From IMG/VR virus record IMGVR_UViG_3300045526_000237, positions 1 to 55,553 of that record: a stretch of DNA of 55,553 bases; one strand, given 5' to 3'. This stretch comes from a virus. Lineage: Duplodnaviria; Caudoviricetes. Below the pieces are notes generated by a model that saw nothing but the letters and a program-made list of their open reading frames with translations, was not told where the DNA came from and ran no database searches. The position numbers were made by a program, and so were the translations under genes. Positions 19,886-31,000 of this stretch are shown piece by piece; position 1 is the first letter of the stretch, and every line of letters begins with the position of its first letter.

Positions 19886-22800
19886 TTACGCCTGTGCCTC
19901 TGTCCAGGAAATTCTACATGCTAGACTCTTACTACCACTTGCCTCAATATTTGTCGCGGCAATAAGAAGAATATCTGGACCAACTGGATATCCAGGATTT
20001 ATTGTACCAACACCACCGTTTCCACTGAGAATCGAAGTTCCAAGGTCACGAACTTTTTCTAGGTTAAATGAAGTTGCGGAAAAGTTAGTACCACCAGAGT
20101 TTTCAGTATAGAAACCGAAAATTCTATCTCCGCCAGTAAAAACACCAGTTGCCGTTGCCGGAGTTGCATTATAATTTTGAGTTCCATCAAAATAAACAAC
20201 CTGAGCAAGAGAACCAGATCCTACCGGAACTGTTTCCCAATTCGTTGGGAAAGTTAAACTTCCACCGGTAATTGTTTGTGGATTCAAAATACCCTGAATA
20301 AGAAACTGTCCCTGAGAATAAACACCCATATTTACCAAAGTTAATTGCATTCGATTAATAATTTCACGAATACCAAAGTTCTTACCAATGCCAGAATCAA
20401 CAGATGGGGAAATTCTAATTGCAATAAGAGGTCTTGTAGTTCCTGCAAGAACACTAAGATACCTATTCATACCAGCGGTAAAAATAATTGATTTGTCATC
20501 ATCTTGTCTTCCGTCCATAATAACAGAAACACCCCAATGACTTACGATAGGAGCACATGTATTTTGCAGATATTGTACGGAAACTTGAGCAGTTCCAGCT
20601 CCACCAACTCCAGCATCGGGAGTAAATGTTACTGAAGAAGCAGTTCCAGAGAAAGTATATGCGGTTGCGGAGAAAGATCCAGTTGGATTAATGCCTGCAA
20701 TTTGGTAAGTGGTTCTTCGGGTCAACCCAGTTAAAGGATATCCTCTTACAGTTGAATTATAAGCACCAATGCCAGTATAACGAATAAGTTCACAATTTGT
20801 TCCATCCTGAAGCATTACAAATCCACTTGTTGGCCATCCAACTGCATTTTCAATATGAAGGGTGGTATCTCCAGATGCCAAAGCAGATCCTCGGGTTGCA
20901 GTTGCACCAGCAACAAGTCTTGAGTATGGTCCCTGGTTAATTGCCTCAAATCTACCTGGCAAGTTTCCAGAACGCATATATGCCGATGTATTCACATTAT
21001 TATTCGGCATTTTGTGGCAGTAAACAATCTCGCCATTTACTGCCCTGAATCCAAAACGAATAAATCCAGCACCATACCAAGTATAGTCAATATATGCCAT
21101 CTGCATCTTAGAAACATCTAAGTTATATCCAGATGGTCCAGTTCCATCCATCTTATCCATATTCCACTGAGATTGTGGAACACGATTTGTCTGAACCTTC
21201 AAGTACTTAATATTAGATCTAGATGGTCCAATATATTGAGGATTAACTCTTAGAGAAGTATCGGAAAGAATTTGAGATATTTCATATGTTTGGCCCTTAA
21301 TCACAATTTTATCACCAGTAACTAATTGTTCTCTAAATCTAGTACTAGTACCAGTGATTGATGCGCTATTTTGAGTTGTTGTAATTGTTCCAAACAATTC
21401 CTTAACGGAATCTCTTCTACATGCATAAAGGGTTATACCATCATATTCAAAGAAAAATCCATTTTGCTCATCATATAAACCAGATCTAACTGCAGCTCCA
21501 GTCCAATTTACTGCAGTAATAAAGACATTAGTTCCTCCAGGAGCAAGGTCTGTTGGAGTTGCTGTAGTTGTAAAGGTAAAACTTTTAGACCCAGTTACAG
21601 TAGCAACAGTTCTCGTTCCATTATAAAGATTACTATCAGTCAATCCAGCACTAGATTCAACTCCCTCCACTTTAATAGTAACTCCAACTTGCATATTATG
21701 ATCTTGCAAAGTTGTTACAGTTACAGTAGAACCAGAAGCACTAATAGTAACAACGTCAAACGTTGGAGTAAGTTTTGCACCAGTAGAGAATTGCATTCCC
21801 TTACCAGACTGATAACGGAAATATCTTCTTGTCTGTCTAATTTGCTGAACACCAGTTACATTACTACCAGTAGTAATCAAAACTCCACCATCAGTTGCTC
21901 TATGCTGCTGATAACTTTCTGGTCTTGTATATAAGAGACAGTTTGCAAAGTTTGTTCCAGAAGCAAGAGTTCCAGTTGGAGCAGCAGCAGCTACAAATTG
22001 AAATTGCGTTGGAGTAGAGACGTTTGAAACAATCCAAGCACCATTTGGTGGATTAGTTGTTGCCGTTACACCAGAAACTAAAATTGGAGTTCCTGGAAAT
22101 AAACCATGTGGGTTTGCTGTGTTTACAGTAATTGTTGTTCCTGAAAATGTCATTGCACTTGCAGAAACGGCAAGTGTAATTCTTGCTCCTGGGAAAAGAC
22201 CTCCACCAGTAACTGTAGTGTAACCCAAATCTAAAATTGATCCATTTACCTGTCCTTTTGCAAGATAAGTAAATTGAGTTGAACTTGGAATAGACTCAAT
22301 TAAAAATGTTCCGTCAGCAGTTTGATTTGTTGAATCTTGTACAGATACAATATCTCCAATAGAAAGTCCGTGAGATCCAGAAGTCGTTACTGTAATTGTT
22401 GATCTTGGAGTTTGGTTTCCACCAGATAAAGCAGTTACATCAAATGCAACAGCAGTACTTCCTCTTGCGTAAAATGAAGGATAGTTCTGTACTAATGAAA
22501 GACCCTCCCACTTTGATGGTTGAACAGAGTATTCAAAGTCGGTATCAATTAATGCCTGAGGAGTTGATACTCTAAACTTTGATACTGGATCTTGGAAAGT
22601 TTCGGATGGACTAAACTTTTCTTCATATTCATCAATTGTAATCTGAAGTTTATCGGTACTACTCATAGAAGTAGTATTATAATTCAAAACAACAGTTGTT
22701 GTATCCTTGGCACCGGTAATTACACCCGTTCCAGAAGCGACAATAGATCCCTGTTGATAATTAGAAGCATTAATACTATATGAAGTTGCTCTTAAATTTG

Positions 22801-22945
22801 GATCAGAAAAATTATAAATGACTTGATTTGTTGTAGTATTTGTAATTAATATTAATCTTTCTCTCTGAATCGCCTTATTAAAAAGAATAGTCCTTGTAGA
22901 AGGAGTAAATGTATATCCAGTTTCCAGTAATACTTTTCTTGCCAT
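19886..22945 (-). CDS. Large virion structural protein
   Basis: MARKV..YTFTP start, LIDTDFEYSVQPSKWE, repeated T...HGL..G modules, RRYFRYQSGKG. Confidence 0.65.
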   Translation of the reverse strand: MARKVLLETGYTFTPSTRTILFNKAIQRERLILITNTTTNQVIYNFSDPNLRATSYSINASNYQQGSIVASGTGVITGAKDTTTVVLNYNTTSMSSTDKLQITIDEYEEKFSPSETFQDPVSKFRVSTPQALIDTDFEYSVQPSKWEGLSLVQNYPSFYARGSTAVAFDVTALSGGNQTPRSTITVTTSGSHGLSIGDIVSVQDSTNQTADGTFLIESIPSSTQFTYLAKGQVNGSILDLGYTTVTGGGLFPGARITLAVSASAMTFSGTTITVNTANPHGLFPGTPILVSGVTATTNPPNGAWIVSNVSTPTQFQFVAAAAPTGTLASGTNFANCLLYTRPESYQQHRATDGGVLITTGSNVTGVQQIRQTRRYFRYQSGKGMQFSTGAKLTPTFDVVTISASGSTVTVTTLQDHNMQVGVTIKVEGVESSAGLTDSNLYNGTRTVATVTGSKSFTFTTTATPTDLAPGGTNVFITAVNWTGAAVRSGLYDEQNGFFFEYDGITLYACRRDSVKELFGTITTTQNSASITGTSTRFREQLVTGDKIVIKGQTYEISQILSDTSLRVNPQYIGPSRSNIKYLKVQTNRVPQSQWNMDKMDGTGPSGYNLDVSKMQMAYIDYTWYGAGFIRFGFRAVNGEIVYCHKMPNNNVNTSAYMRSGNLPGRFEAINQGPYSRLVAGATATRGSALASGDTTLHIENAVGWPTSGFVMLQDGTNCELIRYTGIGAYNSTVRGYPLTGLTRRTTYQIAGINPTGSFSATAYTFSGTASSVTFTPDAGVGGAGTAQVSVQYLQNTCAPIVSHWGVSVIMDGRQDDDKSIIFTAGMNRYLSVLAGTTRPLIAIRISPSVDSGIGKNFGIREIINRMQLTLVNMGVYSQGQFLIQGILNPQTITGGSLTFPTNWETVPVGSGSLAQVVYFDGTQNYNATPATATGVFTGGDRIFGFYTENSGGTNFSATSFNLEKVRDLGTSILSGNGGVGTINPGYPVGPDILLIAATNIEASGSKSLACRISWTEAQA

Positions 22946-22948
22946 TTT

Positions 22949-25900
22949 TTAATATCCTAATAAAATGTCTGCTGGTTTAAAGGGGTAAAATTTAATTCTT
23001 GTTGCGGTATTAGAAACTGGTAATACTCTTGCAACAATTTCAGATCCGGTTGGAATAGACTCAGTGAATTTAATATTATTGTCAGTGTCTATTGTATATC
23101 CATTGTTAGATCCTAAGAAATTCGACTGATAAACGTAATCTGTATTATTTATAAACGCGGACTGTGGTATTCCATTTACCGTAATTGTAAGTCTAAATGG
23201 ATTTGTAATCGTAACACGGTCATAATTAAATCTAGGAACAAAGGTATTTTCTTGACCATCTGTTGCAGTAGAAATATCATCAAGTTCATATGATTGGAAT
23301 GCAGTTCCATCAATAAATCCATCAGTCGTAATGGCAACTCTGGTGGTTCCATCAGTCTGAAGTTCTAGTTGTCTTGCGGTTCCACCGGCAGAACCTTTTT
23401 CGGTTCCAATTCTAAAGACATTGTTAGACCAACCTAAAGAACCTCTTTCAAAGTTGGTTGCTGATGTGTAGGTGTTGTAGACGCGGAAGGTTTGGGCGTT
23501 GGCGCCGTTGCGCTGGGCGAGGGTGCCTGCGGTGTCGCGATATATGACAATATCTGTGACCGATGCGCCTAGTGTGCCAGAAGCCCAAGATATGTATCTG
23601 GTTGACCCAAGTATAATGCCACCATCACCAGAAGAGGATATTGCTGCTTGTGCTGCGGCATTGGTACCGCCTAAGTATAAGTTAAATGGTGAACTACTGG
23701 GACCGCATATTTGTGGCGAGCTTGAGCCTCCACTAAAACCAAATTCAATTCTCCCACTACTCGCAACTCGCGTAAGACTCGACCCATTCACCTGCAGATC
23801 CAGCAGGTTCCCTGTAAACCCACTCGGCGCATTCACTAATACAGAAGTACCAGCAGTACCAGCAGTATTTAATACGAGATTACCTGTAGTTGCTCCTATA
23901 GAAAGTCTAGTGGTTCCATTGGTTTGGAACTCCATTTGTCTTGCTGTAGAAATCCCAGCAGTATCAACACCGATTTGGAAGGTATTATTGTTCCAACCTA
24001 GATATGCTCTTTCGTATTGTGATGCGGAGGTATAAGTGTTGTAGATACGGAAGGTTTGTCCTGCACCTACATTTCTTTGTGCTAGGACATTAGAACTATC
24101 ACGGGCAAGTACTACATCTGGAAGACTTTCAATTCCTCCAGCAGTAAAACCTATTGTAGTATTATAAAAGGCAAATCCATAATATGAGAACCTTAAACCT
24201 TGACCAGTTCCAACAATTCTAAATCCATTATTACTTCCAGTTGGGCAACCAAAATAGTGGTCATTTACTAGACCACTACCAAGAGCATTAATATTTGCCC
24301 GAACTGCCCCATATTTTTCAACAGCAAATCTACTGCTTCCGCCAACTTGTAAATCAAGCAACTTACTTGAATTATTAGAAGAAGTATCAGTAACATTAAG
24401 AGTAAGAGCAGTAGCAATACCAGTTCCTGCAGTCCAGGTTTGGTTGATTTGAAGTGGTTGTAGTGTATCACCAGTATTAGAACCAGCAGCACCTACAAGA
24501 CTTATTGACCTTGCTGTAGAAATCCCAGCAGTATCAACACCGATTTGGAAGGTATTATTGTTCCAACCTAGATATGCTCTTTCGTATTGTGATGCGGAGG
24601 TATAAGTGTTGTAGATACGGAAGGTTTGTCCTATACCTGCGTTTCTTTGTGCTAATACTCCATTGCCATCACGCAGTAAAACTGGATCAATATCACCACT
24701 ACCACCAAAATTTAAACCTCCAGGTGCTGTTACTCTAACAGCTTGAGTTCCATAAGCAGAACCATAAAAAGCAAATATCTGTGTATCAAAAACTTTTATG
24801 ATACCAGCTTGTGAAGTTCCGCCAATATCAAGAACAACTGGATTACCGCCTGAAGTAGTTTTACTAGCTCTTAATAAGTAACTTCCACCAACCTGTAAAT
24901 CTAAAATATTCCCACTATAACCACTTGGAGCATTTACAACTAAAGTAGAACCAGGTTGTGTAGAACCAATACCAACAAAAGTTGTACTACCAACACCAAC
25001 AGTTGTAATGATAGTTCCACCAACACCAACATTTAAAAGACCTGTTGTAGTAACACCAGAAACTGTCAAAGAACTGATAGAACCAATACCACCTATGACA
25101 TCAATAGCAGTTGTTGCGGTACCGATAACATCAATATTATAAGTTCCGGATAATCTCTGATTACTAATGGTTCCAGTTGTAATATTTGCCGCATCAGAAA
25201 GATTAAGAGCAGTCGTTGCAGTACCAGTAAGACTTCCAACAAAACCACCACCGGCAGTTACAATACCAGAGGCATTAATATTTCTAACAACCGCTAAATC
25301 TTGTTCGGTAAATTGAACTGAACCTGCGGCAAGTCTGGTTCCCGATGGAAACTGAGTGCTACCAATACCAACGGCATAGTTAATCAACCAGGCATCAGTA
25401 TTCAATCCGGCAAAAGCACCTGCCTTAAACCACATAATTTTCTTATATGTGGCAGGCAATGTCTCAATACCAGTAATATTTAAAGTTACAAGAGGATTAC
25501 CTTCGCTTGATGCTACAGCAATACCACCGTGATTTGCCGTTGTATCGGTAGAAACATCATTTCCATTAGAATCAGTCGTAAATCCAAGAACAATGTCTGC
25601 ATCACTAACTCTAAAATTTTCTACAAGAATATAACCTGCAGTACCACCAACTGTAATGTTTCCAGTTACATTTAAGTTATTATTAACTTGTAAATCATTT
25701 GCAATTGTTACGCTTCCAGGAAGAGTTGGATTATCCGCAATAGAAATAACTGGATTAGAACCTTCACCAGTTCCATCAGAAACATTAATTTGATTTGGAG
25801 TTCCCGAAATAGTTTCAACATAATCTCCAGTTGTATCACTTCCAAGTCCAACGGAGTTTGGTTGAATTTCTACAGTTAAAACTACATTTTGCGTTCCATT

Positions 25901-26653
25901 AAAATCAATTGGTAAAGATACAACATCTCCTTGAATTTCGAACGTTCTTGTGTTTTGAAGTGCCGTTGCAACTCCAGAGACAGATGCATAAGATGCAATG
26001 TTAGATGAAGTAGAAAACCCTGAAGTATTTGAATAATCTGAAGACACGGCATAAGTAGCAATACCGGCATCAGTCGCATAAGTTGCTATACCAGAATAAT
26101 CGGCATAAGTTGCTATTCCAGAGTAATCAGAATAAGATACTATACCAGCAACAGAAGCATAAGTTGCTATACCAGAATAATCGGCATAAGTTGCTATTCC
26201 AGAGTAATCAGAATAAGATACTATACCAGCAACAGAAGCATAAGTTGCTATACCAGAATAATCGGCATAAGTAGCAATACCAGAATATTGAGAATAAGTA
26301 ACAACTCCGGCAACAGATGCGAAGGATGCTATACCGGAATTAGTTGCATAAGTTGATATACCAGCAACAGAAGCATAAGTAGCAATACCAGAATATTGAG
26401 AATAAGTGGCAACTCCAGCAACAGATGCTATACCAGCATTATCTGCATAAGTGGCATATGAAACATTACCATCAAAATTTGAAGCAGTTACAATGCCGGT
26501 AAAATACCCATTCCCAACAACATAGAGTTCAGAAGTTGCATTAGAAGTGCCTATTCCAACATTACCAATAACCTCTATTGAAGTTAAATTTTCACTATAT
26601 GATGATATTCCAACTTTAAGATTTCTTTGTCTGCCGCTAGTATACTTTGCCAT
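22949..26653 (-). CDS. Tail fibre-like structural protein, modular
   Basis: ATYA 9-aa repeats; modules shared with 17713..19854; internal duplication. Confidence 0.7.
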   Translation of the reverse strand: MAKYTSGRQRNLKVGISSYSENLTSIEVIGNVGIGTSNATSELYVVGNGYFTGIVTASNFDGNVSYATYADNAGIASVAGVATYSQYSGIATYASVAGISTYATNSGIASFASVAGVVTYSQYSGIATYADYSGIATYASVAGIVSYSDYSGIATYADYSGIATYASVAGIVSYSDYSGIATYADYSGIATYATDAGIATYAVSSDYSNTSGFSTSSNIASYASVSGVATALQNTRTFEIQGDVVSLPIDFNGTQNVVLTVEIQPNSVGLGSDTTGDYVETISGTPNQINVSDGTGEGSNPVISIADNPTLPGSVTIANDLQVNNNLNVTGNITVGGTAGYILVENFRVSDADIVLGFTTDSNGNDVSTDTTANHGGIAVASSEGNPLVTLNITGIETLPATYKKIMWFKAGAFAGLNTDAWLINYAVGIGSTQFPSGTRLAAGSVQFTEQDLAVVRNINASGIVTAGGGFVGSLTGTATTALNLSDAANITTGTISNQRLSGTYNIDVIGTATTAIDVIGGIGSISSLTVSGVTTTGLLNVGVGGTIITTVGVGSTTFVGIGSTQPGSTLVVNAPSGYSGNILDLQVGGSYLLRASKTTSGGNPVVLDIGGTSQAGIIKVFDTQIFAFYGSAYGTQAVRVTAPGGLNFGGSGDIDPVLLRDGNGVLAQRNAGIGQTFRIYNTYTSASQYERAYLGWNNNTFQIGVDTAGISTARSISLVGAAGSNTGDTLQPLQINQTWTAGTGIATALTLNVTDTSSNNSSKLLDLQVGGSSRFAVEKYGAVRANINALGSGLVNDHYFGCPTGSNNGFRIVGTGQGLRFSYYGFAFYNTTIGFTAGGIESLPDVVLARDSSNVLAQRNVGAGQTFRIYNTYTSASQYERAYLGWNNNTFQIGVDTAGISTARQMEFQTNGTTRLSIGATTGNLVLNTAGTAGTSVLVNAPSGFTGNLLDLQVNGSSLTRVASSGRIEFGFSGGSSSPQICGPSSSPFNLYLGGTNAAAQAAISSSGDGGIILGSTRYISWASGTLGASVTDIVIYRDTAGTLAQRNGANAQTFRVYNTYTSATNFERGSLGWSNNVFRIGTEKGSAGGTARQLELQTDGTTRVAITTDGFIDGTAFQSYELDDISTATDGQENTFVPRFNYDRVTITNPFRLTITVNGIPQSAFINNTDYVYQSNFLGSNNGYTIDTDNNIKFTESIPTGSEIVARVLPVSNTATRIKFYPFKPADILLGY
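23940..24632. repeat. Identical 123-bp direct repeat (23940-24062 and 24510-24632)
   Basis: Base-by-base identity. Confidence 0.9.
26045..26460 (-). repeat. 27-bp tandem array with a perfect 81-bp super-repeat (about 26077-26272)
   Basis: GIATYADYS/GIATYASVA/GIVSYSDYS units. Confidence 0.9.
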
Positions 26654-26654
26654 T

Positions 26655-26996
26655 TTAATTAAGTGTTTCTAAGATACTTCCTAAAAATTTAATATCTGTA
26701 TTATTACTCGCAGACAATACAAGAACATCACCGGACTCAAGAACTAACTTTCCGGCAAGAAGATTTGCGGTATCACTAGAAGAAATAGGAAAATTTTGAA
26801 GAATTTCTGTGGTGACTGCAATTCCAGAAACTGTTCTTCTATGAGAAAATGATACACTTTGAGTATCGGTTCCAACATTTGCCGCCTGTGCAAGTAAAAC
26901 AACTCCAGTATATCCAGTAGGTGCAGTATATATTCCTACCGGAGTTGTTGTTGCAATTTTTGTAATTGTTTTAAATACATTAAGTGCTAATGGCAT
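26655..26996 (-). CDS. Small virion structural protein
   Basis: IYTAP...GKLVLESGD motif; position in structural operon. Confidence 0.6.
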   Translation of the reverse strand: MPLALNVFKTITKIATTTPVGIYTAPTGYTGVVLLAQAANVGTDTQSVSFSHRRTVSGIAVTTEILQNFPISSSDTANLLAGKLVLESGDVLVLSASNNTDIKFLGSILETLN

Positions 26997-26997
26997 T

Positions 26998-29900
26998 TTA
27001 ATCTCCCCCGAGTGCTAAAATAAATGGTGTTAGTGTTGAAAATAAACTCTTCGAATAAAACTTACCGGAGATTGATCCAGTTTGTTGATTAATAATTACC
27101 CCATCACCAATTCTAAAATTACCAGATTGATCAGTAGAAGTAAATACAACTAATCCACCATTTTTAGCAACTGTTTCATTATCTTGAATAGGAACTCCAC
27201 CTGTTGCGGGAAGTGCTTTTGAAATTTCAGTACCAGATCCAATATATTCTAATGAATGACCAGAAGCAAGAACACGACTTTGCTTATAAAAAAGAACTTC
27301 TGTACCTATTCCGATAGCATAAGGAACATTATCATTTACAGTAATTGTACAAATTCCAGAAGAAATTGGAGTAGACTTTAGAACAGAATAATAAGTTGGA
27401 ACTATTAGAGCAGTTGCCTTTGCTGTATTTATTCCTACTTCCGGAGAAGAAATTGTGACTTTTGGTGGATATGTATATCCCCTTCCATTTGAAATAATTT
27501 CAAACTCGGTCACAGATCCGGACTTTACAACAGAAGCTGCCTGTGCAACGATTCCCCAAGAAACTTCTGGAGACTCAATAGTAACAAAAGGATTAGAGTT
27601 ATATCCAGAACCTCCAGATTCAACAACAATTCTATCAACGGTATAAAAAAGATCTCCAAAATAAATAACCTGCCCATCGAATGGGCGAATTATATTAATA
27701 TTTGCAGTTCCTCCACCAACATAAACTTGATTTGGCGTGGTAGAAACTCCGACATTACAAGTAAAAACAGTGCTTGCCACAGATACTGAAGGAAGATTAA
27801 GTTTTGTTGTGGCAACACCAACAGAAGTAGAATTCACAGTGGCAATCAAATTATCAATAAATGACTGAACGTTTGCACAAGAATTAGGATCTTTATTTGT
27901 TGGATCACCAACTAAAGTAAGATCTTGATAATTTAATTGATTTGTAATGGCCTTTTTGGCATAGTCTCTAACAGCATTAAAAGATGTAGCAGATTCTGCA
28001 AGTTCACCAACAATTCCATTATTTAATGGGTTTCCATTCGCATCAAAATAACCCTTAATAAATTTACGAATGTTTTGATTTGTAAAATCTCTCACATCAA
28101 GTGAAAGAGCGTCAATTAAATATCCAATATCTCTATAACACTTATTACTACCAGAAGGAAATGATCCTACATTCTCACTAAAAGTATTCAAGTAATTTTG
28201 ATTTCCAGATCCAATTACCGTCGTAACAATACCAACAAGAGTATTAATATTTGCCTGAACATCAGTACAAGAGTCTGGATTTCCTGAAGGATAAACAGTA
28301 ATCGCAATTCCTGGCCCACCATAAGTTGCAGGGCCAGAACTAATACCAATTTCCTTATAATTCAATTGATTTGTAATTGCTTTTTTAGTATAATTTCCAA
28401 GACTGTTAAAGGCATATACAGACTGTAACCTTTCACTAGTTCCAATACCGACAGATACATTACCATTAAAATAAAAATTAGTGAAATCCCTAGAATACTT
28501 GTTACCACCAGTAAACACATCTATAGAAATAGCATCTACAAGATAACCAAGATCTCTTGCACAAACATTACTAGTAGAAATTCCTAGAGTTTCATTAAAA
28601 GTTCCAAGATAACTTTGAGCACTTGAAGTTGTGGCAGATCCAATAACAGTTGTAACAATTCCTACAAGTGTATTAATATTTTGTTGAACATCAAAACAAG
28701 AACCAGGATCAGTATTTGAATAAATGGATCCTCCTCCACCATATGTTGATGTTCCGACAGAAACATTTAAATTCGAATAAGCAGCACCAACAAGAGTATT
28801 GGTGATTGCTTTTTTCATATATTCTCTAGCTCTTTCAAAGGCATAGATTGTCTCAGTTTTTTCACCATCCAAAGAACCTGCACCAGTCCCAGTAAAATAC
28901 TGAAGTCCAAAATCTCTAGAATACTTGTTACCTCCAGTGAATACATCAGTGGCAACAGCATCAATAAAAAATCCCAGGTCTCGTTTACAAGTCGTTGCAG
29001 TACCACTAATACTTGGATATTCAACAACAACATCATTCCATGCAGAATCAACAATAACAGATCTGTTTTGCTGAATCAATCCCGAGGCATCATAATATCT
29101 ATTTCTTTCATATGGAACTGGATCATCGGGAAATGCAAATCCTGATGGAAATCCAACGGCAATTGAAGATAAAGATTTATCTATAATTTCTTGTTTATTT
29201 TTTTGAATTAATCTATAAGAATCATAATACCTAAATCTTTCACTTGCGGCAGGATCTCCGGGAAAAACAAAATCAGTATGTGCAATAGAAATTGCTGCTA
29301 AAGATTTATCTTGAATTTCTTTTTTATTTTTTGTTATTAAATTATATGCATCAACATATCTTCCGGGAGCAACTGTCTTCGCCTCAAAAACATACCCCTT
29401 ATTACCACTAGGATATGTAGCAATTCCACCAACACCGGTGCAAGTAAATTGTAAGTTAGAAAGAGAAATGCCCATTCCAACAGAAAACTTATGTGCTTCA
29501 GTGGTATAGGCGGTTAAAATGCCAGTTGTATTATCATAATAAGCAGTAGAAATACTCAGTGTTGGAGTATTTAAATCTATGGTAAAAGTATCTTGATTAG
29601 AACTAGCAGTTTGAGTAATAATCCCGGTATACTTTAAAGGACCTACACCATCGGCAACAAGAGCATAATTGCCAAAAGAAGAGTTTGAGTTTGTTAAATC
29701 ACATGCGGCACCAGATCCACAAAAAACCGCAATATCATCACAAATTGTAAAAAGAGAAACTAATTGAGCGTATCCCTCATTTGTAATTGAAACTCCTATT
29801 CCACCTTGATTATATTGAGTATAAGAATCAAGAACCATGGATTTTAATGGACCTATCGCATTATTTCCATCAATTTTGAGACCTATACTATTTGGAATAA

Positions 29901-30444
29901 AATTAGTACAGTTCTGAACATAGGGTGACTGATCAATGTATCTCAATTCATTAGGATCAAATTCAAAAATAGGATTTGGATTTGGAGATCCTATAAAAGA
30001 CATTTCGGCAACATAATTGCCTTTACCAATTTGGAAAAGTGCTTTTTGATTAAGAGGAGTGACTGTCACTTCTCTTAAACTATCACCAACAATACTTACT
30101 TGATCAGGAAGAACTATAGGATTATCTTCTACATAAGTCCCAGCACTAACTTTAATAACAGTTCCTTCTGTTGCTTCTGCGACTGCTGCTTTAATTGTTG
30201 CCTTGGCATCTCCAAGTTTTTTTCCGGTATTTGTATCTTTTCCGTCTTTTGTGACATATAAAATATTCGTAACTGTCGCACCGATACCCAATTTAACCAC
30301 ATCGGTACCAATACCTGGACGAGACCTTATTGCAAAAAGATCGGCATCAAAAGTATTAAGAGCTAATTCACCTAATTGTAAATCAGTAATTTGAGGTTGT
30401 TTTCCCGGTACGGCAGATCTTTTTATTCTAATCGGTGTCGCCAT
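26998..30444 (-). CDS. Large virion structural protein (beta-helix-like N-terminus, C.RD.G..IDA repeats)
   Basis: IRIKRS...GELALN; LYVTKDG.D.NTG; three C.RD(L/I)G repeats; C-terminal STDQSGNFRIG. Confidence 0.65.
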   Translation of the reverse strand: MATPIRIKRSAVPGKQPQITDLQLGELALNTFDADLFAIRSRPGIGTDVVKLGIGATVTNILYVTKDGKDTNTGKKLGDAKATIKAAVAEATEGTVIKVSAGTYVEDNPIVLPDQVSIVGDSLREVTVTPLNQKALFQIGKGNYVAEMSFIGSPNPNPIFEFDPNELRYIDQSPYVQNCTNFIPNSIGLKIDGNNAIGPLKSMVLDSYTQYNQGGIGVSITNEGYAQLVSLFTICDDIAVFCGSGAACDLTNSNSSFGNYALVADGVGPLKYTGIITQTASSNQDTFTIDLNTPTLSISTAYYDNTTGILTAYTTEAHKFSVGMGISLSNLQFTCTGVGGIATYPSGNKGYVFEAKTVAPGRYVDAYNLITKNKKEIQDKSLAAISIAHTDFVFPGDPAASERFRYYDSYRLIQKNKQEIIDKSLSSIAVGFPSGFAFPDDPVPYERNRYYDASGLIQQNRSVIVDSAWNDVVVEYPSISGTATTCKRDLGFFIDAVATDVFTGGNKYSRDFGLQYFTGTGAGSLDGEKTETIYAFERAREYMKKAITNTLVGAAYSNLNVSVGTSTYGGGGSIYSNTDPGSCFDVQQNINTLVGIVTTVIGSATTSSAQSYLGTFNETLGISTSNVCARDLGYLVDAISIDVFTGGNKYSRDFTNFYFNGNVSVGIGTSERLQSVYAFNSLGNYTKKAITNQLNYKEIGISSGPATYGGPGIAITVYPSGNPDSCTDVQANINTLVGIVTTVIGSGNQNYLNTFSENVGSFPSGSNKCYRDIGYLIDALSLDVRDFTNQNIRKFIKGYFDANGNPLNNGIVGELAESATSFNAVRDYAKKAITNQLNYQDLTLVGDPTNKDPNSCANVQSFIDNLIATVNSTSVGVATTKLNLPSVSVASTVFTCNVGVSTTPNQVYVGGGTANINIIRPFDGQVIYFGDLFYTVDRIVVESGGSGYNSNPFVTIESPEVSWGIVAQAASVVKSGSVTEFEIISNGRGYTYPPKVTISSPEVGINTAKATALIVPTYYSVLKSTPISSGICTITVNDNVPYAIGIGTEVLFYKQSRVLASGHSLEYIGSGTEISKALPATGGVPIQDNETVAKNGGLVVFTSTDQSGNFRIGDGVIINQQTGSISGKFYSKSLFSTLTPFILALGGD

Positions 30445-30458
30445 CTATTTTTATTCGG

Positions 30459-30464
30459 TATTTA
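30459..30464 (-). promoter_or_regulatory. T4-type late promoter box TAAATA (similar boxes near 8300, 14001, 15030, 36050, 37759, 48985, 53344)
   Basis: TAAATA a short distance upstream of start codons; resembles gp55 TATAAATA consensus. Confidence 0.55.
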
Positions 30465-30502
30465 CCAAAATGGGAGGTATCTATTACCTTTAATTTATTT
30501 AT

Positions 30503-30874
30503 TCAACTTAGATTATTCCTTCTTGGTTTATACAAAAATAAATCTTTTGGAAGATCTGGTTTCATCCAGGTTTTTATTTTTTTATATTTTTCTACAGAAA
30601 AAAATTCTTGCGAAGAGTACCAATCTTCCCAATAAGTATGACCTTTACTTTGATTACAAGAATTGCAACAGGAAACTACATTTTTAGAACAATCCATTCC
30701 ACCCTTTGATTGAGGAATTATATGATCTATTGTCAGATTTTTATTAGATTCGCAATAGGCACACTTATGATCCCATTTCTCCAGTATTTGTTTCCTCCAT
30801 ATTCGTTTTGCTTCTGATGAACTTGTGGTATGGAGATAATACAAATACTGATCTGGAGAATGTAAGAGATCCAT
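30503..30874 (-). CDS. HNH endonuclease
   Basis: CAYC...LTIDHIIPQSKGG....NVVSCCNSCNQSKG. Confidence 0.9.
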   Translation of the reverse strand: MDLLHSPDQYLYYLHTTSSSEAKRIWRKQILEKWDHKCAYCESNKNLTIDHIIPQSKGGMDCSKNVVSCCNSCNQSKGHTYWEDWYSSQEFFSVEKYKKIKTWMKPDLPKDLFLYKPRRNNLS

Positions 30875-31000
30875 AAGTTTCTACAAACTTATGATTATTT
30901 ATTTCTAGTTTTTATGACTTCAACCAATTCTTTCAGAGTAATATAAATGTAATGAAATTCTTCGTAAAGAGTAATATCTTTATCTCTTTTAAGAAAATAT

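Noticed and set aside
4693-26653. Diversity-generating retroelement or invertase shufflon
   Set aside because: No reverse transcriptase or recombinase in the window, repeats are direct, and I saw no adenine-specific differences
30503-30874. HNH gene as part of an intron
   Set aside because: No intron core elements seen and neighbouring genes appear intact
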